Positions 23,863 through 34,500 of a DNA stretch of 64,000 nucleotides are shown piece by piece. Both the position numbers and the translations under genes were made by a program. Below the pieces are notes generated by a model, which was not told where the DNA came from, ran no database searches, and was given only the letters and a program-made list of their open reading frames with translations. How positions within the stretch are numbered: position 1 is the stretch's first letter; every line of letters begins with the position of its first letter. The DNA is from Bispira polyomma (lineage: Eukaryota). The DNA lies in assembly GCA_965649765.1 (NCBI GenBank), contig OZ287754.1, forward strand, positions 37,138,001 to 37,202,000. Reading direction: 5' to 3'.

Positions 23863-24957
23863 ATGGGGAAAACAAAAGCAACTCCTGTGTTAAGCAGCAA
23901 GAAACGGACCACAAAGACAACTTCAACTAGTACATCTAGCCAAGCCGGGCTCTCATCTCAGGCCGTACCCCAGTCACAAGTCGAGTCACAAAGCATGTCC
24001 GAGGTTCTTTCCATCCTGCGTGGTCTGGAGACCTCCAATGCTAACATAACCCGGCGATTGCAACTCGTAGAGGACAAACAGACAGTTACACCTGCTAATT
24101 CTCCATTACACACCATGAGGGATGGTACGGTGGTCCAACAGAGACACGAGGGTTATTCGTTACCTCTTCCCCCTCCCAGGTACAATGGGGTCGCGCAGCT
24201 GCTGGCTCAACCTATGATGCAACCACCAACAGGTCAGGGTTACAACACAGATGGCATTGTCCCCAGTCTCGATGCATTAAGATCTTTTCCAAACGTGCAG
24301 GCGGCCGTTACCAGGCAGCTGGCTGATTACGAAGCCTTGGCCCAGAGGGGTCTAGTCCAGGGTAAGCACTCAATCAGGCAGAAGTCTGGTCGTTATAACT
24401 CCACAGATATTGCTTTAGCTGATCTCCAACTCAGATGGTCTAACGAAGGTTGGGGATCGACTCGTCGAAGGCCAGTCTTTGACGACCTCACGTTGACGCA
24501 GTGGGTGGCTGGCCAGCTGGCCAACTCGCTACAAGTAAGTGATCCGGCAACAATGAAAGCTATGGTGAACCAAGTGGTACACGCACTACGGGATGCAGCC
24601 ACACTTCCGTGGCCTGCTGTCAGGACAGCCTGGGCTGTCAGTATGCATGAGATCGAGGAAGGCAGGCTGTCCTGGCAGGACAACACTCAGTGGGCACTGA
24701 ATCGCATCAGTGCCTCCCAGATGGCTATGGTAGGCAACAATGGCAGTAACTTGGCTAACGGGGCTTCTTCAGATAGTAAATCCATCTGTAAGCTGTTTAA
24801 TAATGGCAAGTGTTCTCACAAGGCGGATCATGGCAATTATCGTCATGTATGCTGGTATTGTAATAAGACATTAGGAAAGGACGCGTCGCACCCAGAGTTC
24901 AAATGCTTTAAAGCGAATGTAAGTAAACAGCCAGACAAACAACAAGGTAACATCTAG
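23863..24957 (+). CDS. E2 Gag-like protein with C-terminal Cys/His zinc knuckles
   Basis: Open ORF from ATG 23863; CKLFNNGKC...HVCWYC...HPEFKC; homologous to E4 gag (QKSGRYN, MH.IEEGRLSW). Confidence 0.88.
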   Translation: MGKTKATPVLSSKKRTTKTTSTSTSSQAGLSSQAVPQSQVESQSMSEVLSILRGLETSNANITRRLQLVEDKQTVTPANSPLHTMRDGTVVQQRHEGYSLPLPPPRYNGVAQLLAQPMMQPPTGQGYNTDGIVPSLDALRSFPNVQAAVTRQLADYEALAQRGLVQGKHSIRQKSGRYNSTDIALADLQLRWSNEGWGSTRRRPVFDDLTLTQWVAGQLANSLQVSDPATMKAMVNQVVHALRDAATLPWPAVRTAWAVSMHEIEEGRLSWQDNTQWALNRISASQMAMVGNNGSNLANGASSDSKSICKLFNNGKCSHKADHGNYRHVCWYCNKTLGKDASHPEFKCFKANVSKQPDKQQGNI

Positions 24958-25011
24958 GGCCACAATTCACAGCCAGTTGGACGAACATTAGGTAGTGATA
25001 AGGGTAATTCA

Positions 25012-27807
25012 ATGATGAACGGTAACAGTAAATTTGTAAAAGAGTTTAATATAAAGGACAAAAACAGTGAATTAGGTTATTGCGACAGAAGCATGTCTGA
25101 AATTAATACAATTGTGCAAAGTTCTAATAGTAATGATTATCAGCAGATGATAATGTCAGATAGTACAAGGTTTGTCAGTAATGTATTCAACACTGATATA
25201 AAGGTGAACTTTGTTGATAATGATGTCTTTAATAATTTTGCAATTTCAGTAGATGCTGGCGACAACTACCAGTATGAAACTAAGAATGTAAATGAATGTA
25301 TTCAATTTCAGAGCAGGACCCAGTTGGGTCACCATAGATGGGACAGGAGCACTGAGGCCTGCATTTCAAATGGGAGCAGTCACTATGCTAATTCACCAGC
25401 TTGGAACAAAGAGGCACACACGTGTCAGGTATCAGTTACCAATTGGAAAACTTTTTGTGGGGAAATTCAAAACTTGGCCCCAATTGTTTACATTAGGGAT
25501 AGGGATGGAAAATTCTCAGGTTATTTCCACATGTTTTATGACGTGACTGCTGCCAAGTGTGTATATGCTCGTGTTGAATTTCCACCTAGCCAAAACCTTT
25601 GTATTATTCAAACCATAATCCAGGTTCAGGCTGTTTCTTTAAATACTACCAGTAATACTAATGTGGAAACTCATCACCAGGCTGTGATCAAGCAAGCTGC
25701 TGATACATTTTATTATTTCGAAAGAGATAATGCCTGTTTCAAGCAGTTGGGTTTTGATTATACTGAATACATGACTAGGTTAGTAGATGCACTTGTTAGT
25801 GACAGTGAAGACGAAACACCTGACAATTGCCATAAGTCAGACAATTGTGCAGACTTGTCAAATGTAAGTACACAAAAACCAAGTGAGACTGTAAACAGTC
25901 TGATTTGTGATAAAATATACATGAACTCGTCGAGCAATGAATTCACTCAAATGGTTGAAAGTGTTCGAGCAAACAAGGATTTGTACAAAGAAATTAAGGA
26001 CTTTAATGACCCCGAGAAAACCATGGGTTTCTTGGCACTTTCCTCAACAGCATTCACATTCATAGGTCCTGACAAACCTGTTAAGAGAATTGAAACAGTA
26101 GAAGACATGCTGCAAGTGGCTTCTGTTATCAGAGACACTGCACTGCCCAATTATAGACAAGCAAGGGTTCCCCTGGTGTCAGGACTTAATCCAGATGCAT
26201 GGGATGAAGTTTTCCAAGATTATCCTGACCAGTTGCTGTGTCAGTACATTAGATTCGGCTTTCCTCTTTCTCTTACCAATCCAGAAATGCTTAACAATGC
26301 CTCTGTCACCAATCATTATTCTGCCCTCCAACACACAAGTAGTGTGAGAGAATATCTGGTTAAAGAAAGTAATAAGGGTGCCATGTTGGGCCCAGTGAAG
26401 GAGGTTAGCTCCTCACATTACCATTGTTCACCACTTCTCACACGTCCCAAGGACATTACTAGTTGTAGGGTAATTCTTAACCTCTCATACCCACAAGGCA
26501 ATTCGCTTAATGAGAATGTTGATAAGAATATATTTGATGGGAAAAAATTTATTCTGAAATTTCCTACAATCGATGATATTACTAGTGCGGTCAAAGTCAC
26601 AGATGATCCGGTATTGTTTAAAATCGACGTAGCTCGCGCTTTCCGTAATTTGCGTGTAGATCCTGTCGACGCTGTAAAATTAGGAATCCAGTTTGAAAAG
26701 GGTAATTACATAGATCCTGCGGTGGCTTTTGGCTGGATTCATGGTAGTGCGGCGTTTCAACGCTGCTCTGACGCAATAGCGTCATATATGCGCAAAAACG
26801 GTTTCAATATGTTCTGCTACATCGACGATTACATTTGCGTCTCCAATAGAGTAGAGGCTCACAGGGGTTTTCAGATTTTGACCAAACTGCTAGACAATTT
26901 AGGTCTCCCCATGAATGCCAACAAACGCACCCCACCTAGTACTAGCATTACTTGTTTGGGTATTAACATTGACACTGTCGCTGGTACTATTAGCATCCAG
27001 CATGGGAAAATAGAAGAGATTCTTGAATGTGTGTGCGACGTGTTTAACAGGCGCTTCAAAACACACAGTCGTTTTCAGTCCCTCTTAGGGAAACTTCTGT
27101 ATGTGCACAAATGCGTCAAGCTGGCACGCACTTTTATTAATAGACTGCTTCACGCATTTAGAAACAACGAGGGTAAGAAAAAATTTGCTATTTCTCAAGA
27201 CATGCGGAACGACTTAGCGTGGTTCAAGCAGTTCTTACAGACATTTAACGGATTAACTTTCATTGACCATCCTATGATTCAAAACATGAGTGAGTTACAT
27301 TTAGACGCTTGCCTTACCGGTTTAGGAGGCGTGTGGAAAGATGAGGTGTACGCTACACCATATTTCAATGTTTTTGGCAGAGAGTTGACAATAGTTCACT
27401 TAGAGATGCTGAATATCATTCTCGCGTTGCGTGTATGGGCGTTAAAGTGGGCGCATCAACGGGTTTTGTTTCACTGTGACAACATGGCCGTAGTACTGGT
27501 TGTGAATTCACAAAAAACTAAGGATGACTTTCTGGCCTCATGTTTGAGGAATATCTGGCTGCTAGCAGCCACACATGACATCACAATTGACATACAACAC
27601 ATTCCAGGGAAAAACAATGTGATTGCAGATGCTCTTTCTAGACTATTTTCAGATAAACCTCCTACTGCAGAGCTAACTGTTAAATTACAAAATTGTTATA
27701 AATGGAATGAGGTCCCTATAAGGTACTTTGACCTGGCCTTATCTGTGAAATTTCAGGTTCTGCCAGTTCCACTCATACACTTGTTCAATCAGCCTGCAAC
27801 AGAATAG
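25012..27807 (+). CDS. E2 Pol: long N-terminal extension plus reverse transcriptase and RNase H
   Basis: 931-aa ORF with KIDVARAFRN, FGWIHGS, YIDD, CLGI, DACLTG, HLEMLN, HCDN and NVIADALSR; same frame as gag, separated from it by one TAG. Confidence 0.93.
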   Translation: MMNGNSKFVKEFNIKDKNSELGYCDRSMSEINTIVQSSNSNDYQQMIMSDSTRFVSNVFNTDIKVNFVDNDVFNNFAISVDAGDNYQYETKNVNECIQFQSRTQLGHHRWDRSTEACISNGSSHYANSPAWNKEAHTCQVSVTNWKTFCGEIQNLAPIVYIRDRDGKFSGYFHMFYDVTAAKCVYARVEFPPSQNLCIIQTIIQVQAVSLNTTSNTNVETHHQAVIKQAADTFYYFERDNACFKQLGFDYTEYMTRLVDALVSDSEDETPDNCHKSDNCADLSNVSTQKPSETVNSLICDKIYMNSSSNEFTQMVESVRANKDLYKEIKDFNDPEKTMGFLALSSTAFTFIGPDKPVKRIETVEDMLQVASVIRDTALPNYRQARVPLVSGLNPDAWDEVFQDYPDQLLCQYIRFGFPLSLTNPEMLNNASVTNHYSALQHTSSVREYLVKESNKGAMLGPVKEVSSSHYHCSPLLTRPKDITSCRVILNLSYPQGNSLNENVDKNIFDGKKFILKFPTIDDITSAVKVTDDPVLFKIDVARAFRNLRVDPVDAVKLGIQFEKGNYIDPAVAFGWIHGSAAFQRCSDAIASYMRKNGFNMFCYIDDYICVSNRVEAHRGFQILTKLLDNLGLPMNANKRTPPSTSITCLGINIDTVAGTISIQHGKIEEILECVCDVFNRRFKTHSRFQSLLGKLLYVHKCVKLARTFINRLLHAFRNNEGKKKFAISQDMRNDLAWFKQFLQTFNGLTFIDHPMIQNMSELHLDACLTGLGGVWKDEVYATPYFNVFGRELTIVHLEMLNIILALRVWALKWAHQRVLFHCDNMAVVLVVNSQKTKDDFLASCLRNIWLLAATHDITIDIQHIPGKNNVIADALSRLFSDKPPTAELTVKLQNCYKWNEVPIRYFDLALSVKFQVLPVPLIHLFNQPATE

Positions 27808-28730
27808 ACTTGGCACTGCGACCAAAGACCATTACAGCTTACAGTAACCAATTCAAGACATTTTTAGCTTTCTTACATGTTGCTGGCATTAAACACATTA
27901 ATGTTTCATCAGTTCTGGCTTTCTTAGAATACTTAGCACAGAATAGCCTTTCACCGGCTGTCATTGCCAATTACCTCTCATCACTTAAATTCATGGCTAA
28001 CAAATTATAGTGGAGTATGGCTCCTTTTACACACAACTCTGTTTCTTTATTTACGAGAAGCATTACCATCAACTCTACTTTCAGGCCTAGACCTAAGGGA
28101 TTGTTTGATATACATCAGTTAACACAGATATCCCAAGCTTGTCAGATATTGCAGGATCCAGTACTTTTTAGGGCTATTTTCCTTCTAGCCTTTTTCGGCT
28201 TCTTGAGACTTTCCAATCTGGCTTCTCACTCTAGGGCAGCGTTTGACCCATCTAGGCACTTTCTTAGACAGGATATTATCTTTGGCCCTCCTGGGACCCA
28301 TGTCATCTTGAAATGGGCTAAGAACCTTCAAAACAGATCAGACTCCCACATTATACAAATTCCTGTACTTCAAAACCAAATTTTATGTCCAGTAAGGGCT
28401 ATACAGCAGCTTATCTTGTCTGGGCCTCTCCCTCCATCTGCACCACTGTTTGCAGTTAACTCACCACCATTTTACCCAGTCATAGAGACACATGTGAGAG
28501 TCGCATTACAGAGAGTTTTAGAACACATAGGCATTCCATACCATTCACACAGGTTCCACACATTTAGGAGGTCGGGGGCCACATTTGCTTTCAATAAAAA
28601 CGTATCACTGCAGAATATTATGTCCCATGGCCTGTGGAGGTCTTCAGCTGTATGGACCTACCTACAGAAGACCTCCCAAGCTGCTTTAGTGGTGCCTCTC
28701 ACCTTTGCTGCGGCTATCCCTCCTTCTTAG
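27757..28730 (+). pseudogene. E2 tyrosine recombinase (single in-frame TAG at 28008-28010)
   Basis: Catalytic set FLRLSN, HTFRR, HGLW and WTY present; ORFs 27810-28010 and 28017-28730 are in the same frame; no ATG at the start of the N-terminal domain. Confidence 0.9.
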
Positions 28731-28737
28731 TTGGGCT

Positions 28738-29104
28738 TGGGGCTTAAAATTCCATCCTGAAATTTTAACTGACTTTGATTGTCAACCTGTACATAAGCTA
28801 ACATGTAAATAAAAACCTCAAATGCAATCTTTTACTGTCTTATAATAAACTTACTTATTAACTTATAACTTATCACACCACCATTGGACTGTGCATAGCA
28901 AGTCCACCCCAGGGGACTGCTAGATCAGTCCAACCTCCTTTTTCTATCACACTACTTTTATTAGTATTATTTTATGCAACTTTCTGTCCATCTGGGCCTT
29001 GTCCAATCACAGCATTAGCTATTAGTGACCCCTAAGCTAGGATAGCTATCCTCCATATTGAATTTGTGTTTTCACCTGTGAACAGGACATTTAGAAAATT
29101 GAAA
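28738..29104 (+). repeat. E2 internal B1-A2 junction (circle-junction template)
   Basis: B1 (154 bp) abuts A2 (215 bp), sharing TG: ccattggac-TG-tgcatagc. Confidence 0.95.
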
Positions 29105-29979
29105 CCCACCACCTCCCCTTACCACAGCGTTATTAAGGATTTATAGAAATTTTAAGGTTCTCTGATGCATAAGGTTATCCAGGCAGGTTTGACGACAACG
29201 TGGCGGCCGGGCTCCGAGCCGTGTGGGTCTGGGGTCCTTCCTTCTTGCTCCCTCCTCTGAGTTCACCACTGGGGTTCCAGAGTGGAATAAGGGGCTCTGA
29301 GAGGTTGGACTTCACCCTGCTAGGCGGTTGGTGTCCAAGGCCCGGGGTCCTGCTGTTACTACGTTGCATGTTCTCTCTTGCATGGACTTATTTTTAATTT
29401 ATAAGCATAGTTGAACATTGACTCATATGAGGTTATAACATACGCAACATTAGAGTGGTCAGCTTCATATGACTCAAGTTAACGATCCAAGGGACGCTTA
29501 CTGAGCTAGTTAATACCACTTGTTGAATAAGTAACACAACGTACCAATTTAGACACAATGACGATAACTTGGTTACACGTGTGGTCCCCACAAGGGCACC
29601 TTTTTGTACACGATCCCCTAGCGTCAATTAGTATCCATGTATCACAAATACATGTCAGAATTTACAGTAAACAGGGAAGTTTATCCCCTGAAATTGTTCT
29701 TAGTATCTTAGTCACCAAAAGTAACCTTGTTGTGTATTACAGTACATTATTCACACAATGAACTAGTTAAAGGTGATGTTAATGATAGTCATGTTTATAG
29801 TAATCAATGTATTTAAATGTATTTTCCTCTTTTGAGGTTATTTTATTGGTTCTAATCCAAAGTCTGGTGTGACTGAGGGGTTTACACTATTCTTTATATT
29901 TGTGATTGTCTCTTAGCTTATTATTAGCTTTGTTATGGGTTTTTATTTTTGACCCGGCTGTATTTTATGGTAGCCGTGA

Positions 29980-30133
29980 TGGGGCTTAAAATTCCATCCT
30001 GAAATTTTAACTGACTTTGATTGTCAACCTGTACATAAGCTAACATGTAAATAAAAACCTCAAATGCAATCTTTTACTGTCTTATAATAAACTTACTTAT
30101 TAACTTATAACTTATCACACCACCATTGGACTG
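29980..30133 (+). repeat. E2 split direct repeat B2
   Basis: 154 bp, no difference from B1 seen by eye. Confidence 0.95.
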
Positions 30134-31582
30134 ACGCTAATGCGTCAATTATAAGACTTAGGAGACCAGATTAAGATTGCTACAAGAATGTAACCAGACA
30201 GGAATAAGAAGTACGACTACATAAGGCTGTGTCCACAGCAATCTGCAGTTATTTTTAACTTGAATGTCGAAAATAATGAAAAAACTATTAACTAAGTAAA
30301 AATACAGTAAAAAGACACACTTTTTGACTATGAAGAATACATCATGTTATTTTTTAAAAATTAAACTTGAAGTTAAAGTCAATTTACTAAACAGACCCTC
30401 GTGACATTTGCACATTTGATTTGAGAGTCTGGTACTTATATCAGGATTAAATAACATTGTCACCACAATTTCATGTGCTAAAGATGTCATTACATAGTTT
30501 CCAGCATACGGTTATTTGACAAGCATAACATCATTACTGACTGGTCAATAATGAGAAATCTTGAAATAGTTTTCCTGTGTTATAAACTTTTGGTTAAGGT
30601 CCTAATGAATAAAGAATTTAAAATTAAGGGCACTAACAATGTGAATTCTGTAATTGGCTGAAGATTTTAAATTCTTGTTGTCCTTGCATTGTTTATAAAT
30701 CCAACTTCTGTACAACAAGCCCAATCATGCCCTGTATAAAGTTAAGCTGTGGTCCAAGTGGGCTTTATAGTTAAATATTTAGATGGTCATTTGTATATTA
30801 GGTAAATATATTTTGCATTGTATAGCTTACTAATGGTGCTTGTTGTTGTCCTACTTATATCACACTTCCAAAATGACGTTTATTTCTCTAAAGTCTGAAC
30901 TAATGGAGTATATTTGACAAAGATCTGTAAGACAAAGGAGTGAGGCGGACGTTTACTCTCCATGTTTTACATTATGCTACACTTTATGTTCAGGTAAGAT
31001 AAAAAATGTTCGAACCCTTTCATCTTTCCTCACCTTTATGACTCTTTAAAAAACCCTGTGTGCTAATGTTTTGTGCTAACTTGCATTGGTAACAAAACAG
31101 ACAGAACATCACCCACACAGGCCAGCATGGGACTTTTAAAGGCTACTGTTTTTACCACTTTCTCCAAGCTGCCTTTCTACACAAGCTTTGGACAGTTTTG
31201 CTTATAACTGTATTATTATGTGTCTGTATATGATTTTGATACAATGTATATGAGCCAATTTATGTCACATCAACAAAAGTAGATATACTTGATATGCCAT
31301 AGTGGTCCACACCTGCACACAAACACAAATGACCTGTGCTCATTCACAGGCAGAGATACATGGTAAACACAGATTCATATTGGCTAGCATGACCATTTAA
31401 ATAGACGTTGTCTGGTCTGTCATCGGTTCATGGGGACATTGATAAATGGTTATCATCAAATCTCATTCAAAGTGTTATCTTTACACTCTAACACTTGAGT
31501 ATGGATCAACCAAGTCTAGCTAGGGAGGTAAAACCACTTGTCAAAACTTCTAAATTACCATGGGCTACTAGTACTACCTTAC

Positions 31583-34500
31583 CGTGATAAAGAATCCCAG
31601 CCAGGTGCCATCCTCTGGTGTAGTGTACTCTATACTATATTGCCCATTACCCTAAAAAGTGCACACAGATGATTAGAGGTGGATTTCAATGTTCAGATAT
31701 ATAACTGTGGGACTCCAAGACTACAAGGACATGCCATAACAAGAGCACTCAGAAGAGAGCAAACCTCTGTCATGGGGTACACAACCGAAAGACTCTGTGC
31801 TTTAGATAGTTATTGGCTTCACAAAGTCGGCCATTTGGTAGCAAATCAAAAAGTAGATGAATCAATTATTTAACCAAAACACTAATTTGGTTGTAGTTTT
31901 TGGGTTAGTTTTTGTTGAAGTTGCACATGCCGTAGCCCTTCACAAAGAATGGTCAAAATATGTTTAGCTGTTTTTGTATAATTCGGGTAACAAACCAACA
32001 GACAGGGACAAAAACATGAGGTAATTTTAAAATGTGGTAGAAATTGTAAGACTACAAAGCAACATTTGGTAAAAATTGTATCCATACACTGAGTGGATGA
32101 CAAGTAGAGCTACAGTGTATAATGATTTCCAATATAGAAACTGGTAGTCACTGCACTCCTTTTGATGGTCTAAAAAGATGTAAAATTTGTGTAAACTACC
32201 ACATTTACAAACTTTACAACAGTATGATAATTTTTTGATTGAGTACACTCCAAATAGTTTTTATTTATTTTAATCAATATTGGTTAGCTATTATTCACTT
32301 AAAACACTATTTAACTTAGTTATAGAGCTGAATGGTCTCTAAGATCACTTTCTGTTTTGAAAAAAGCTAAAATCCGATCCGATCTTCAAACTCACCCCCC
32401 CCCCCCCCCATCCATAATACAATACAATATACCTGTAGTATTAAGCATTACCTCATCTATGGGCGTGTCTTCTGACCACGTGACGTTGTTGATCTCCTCG
32501 TTGAACATCACCCATCTCCAGTCTCTCCTGGAGGTTGTCATGGTAACAAAAGTATCGAGGACAAACTGATTTGGTGTATTTGATTACTTTTAATATATAC
32601 AATAAATCTACCGGTATCTCCTGTTTTGTTAGAAATTGTAACCATTCAAATTTAACAATTGGTTACACATTAAAATACTCATTAATCAAAGCATTGGCCA
32701 TTGATAACATTACCACATAATCACCTGTCTCTTTGAATACTGATTTAAAAAAACTCAGAATGTGGTAAAATATGTGTAGCATTAAATGGAAGGAATGCAA
32801 CGAATTTGAAGTAAAAAAAACTAATGTTGTTGGGATCAAATATTCCAACTTTTACGACCGATAAGATATAAGATTCCCCAGTGTGTCACCTTTGGTTCTG
32901 TGCAGTGTTAGCCCTCCACACCACAATGTCCTCCAACACTGTATTAGTAGTGTCCACATTCACCACTATAGAACTGGAACTCTCTGACTGAAAACAAACA
33001 TAGGAGCTAAGACTTTCCTGTATCTGTAATTTATCAATGTGGATCTTGTGATGTTATTTCTAATAAAGGTGCTAGGTATACACCTGATATACATATTTCA
33101 ATGTTCAACTACAAAGACTAGTACCTGGTATAAACAAAATAGGCCTCAACTACATAGTTGATGAAATAGTTATTAATGTGTACCCTTTGAACTGAATTTT
33201 ATATAAGATACACATATACTAAAATTTATAAGTAAATGACATTTTATAAAACATTTAGGTTTGCAATATACATTATCAAATTATTTCACAATATTACAAA
33301 ATGACCACTAAGTTTGGTACATGTATTCCTAAACTACTACTACATTTTATATATAAACAAAACCAAGTCATACATGAGGTTCTTATCAGATTTACACACA
33401 TTACACACAAGTCTATCATGCATTATATGAGAGCATTATGCATACCCATATATGTGATTTGTTACAACCCTTTTCAAGGCAGTAAGGTCATTGAAATACA
33501 TGCTTATTGTATTCAGTATAATATTGAAGGGTAAATATGTAAAACAAAATACACAATTACTAATACGATTTAACTTGGTAAATTTTTGCAAGATATGTCA
33601 GTACTTACTGATTCCAGCTGGTAGGTGAACTGTGGCCAAGGTAGATCCTGTATAAAATTGGTATTAGAGTGACATAGGGTCATGTATGATACACACACTA
33701 TTTGAAATAATAGCATACTGAAGTGATCAAAATACACTGATGTCAATCCCTTATTTTAACTAGTTACATACATAAATAATAATTCAAGTTATCTGTATAC
33801 ATAATACTTCAGGAGACATCTGTCCAGAAATGTAATTGTATTATTTTGAATGTTTAAACATTGTATAATAAATATTGTTGTCTATAATCATATTACTTTA
33901 CGATGCATTCCCCCAGGAACGATTTAGTAAAATTGTACATTAATTTATATGTTGAACATAATAAAGGTAAAACATTCAAAAAATGAATTGGTGTAAATAT
34001 TTTAAATACTACGTAAAAAACTGCAAGATTTTGTTTCTATAGAAAATCCTTGCTCACATAGTAGGTGTTGAGTAAAAACGAGGACGTGTTGTTGACTAAT
34101 CTGTTCCAGTGTCCAACCATAATGTGCACAGAATTCTCCAGAACCCTAAAATTGAGAAAAGATAATTTAGGAAAAAAGTGTTTAATGTTCACTGGTGCTT
34201 TAAAATAAATTGTAATGCTTAGATAACTTATAACAATACATGTATACATTTTGTGAATTAAGAATGGCATTAAACCTTAATGGTAAATAGGAGAGTTATT
34301 GTACTAAAGAGAAACAAACATCAATATAACCTGACCAAATAGATACAAAATTATCAGTCTTGAATGTGGGCAGTATGCTACCATCAATGTAACTATAAAC
34401 TTACAATGACAAATTGAATGAGTACATTGTGTACCTATCGTTGTAGTGAGTGACCTTACCACATATAGCTCACTCCTGGAAGCCTGTCAAAGAAAAACTG

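Larger units (their letters stand above)
23545..30133 (+). mobile_element. YR retrotransposon E2, full length, split-direct-repeat (Ngaro/PAT-type) structure A1-gag-RT/RH-YR-B1A2-spacer-B2
   Basis: A1 23545-23769, A2 28890-29104, B1 28738-28891, B2 29980-30133. Intact gag and RT/RH ORFs, YR with one in-frame stop, no target-site duplication. Confidence 0.95.

Noticed and set aside
29225-29300. HDV-like ribozyme in the E2 spacer island
   Set aside because: A cctcct loop and a P4-like hairpin are present, but there is no catalytic C in the J4/2 position and no consistent P1/P2; kept only as an unclassified structure.
30705-30742. Candidate last exon for the AprA-like gene (GMIGLVVQKLDL*)
   Set aside because: The acceptor is plausible, but the peptide shows no recognisable family similarity and is unsupported without cDNA.
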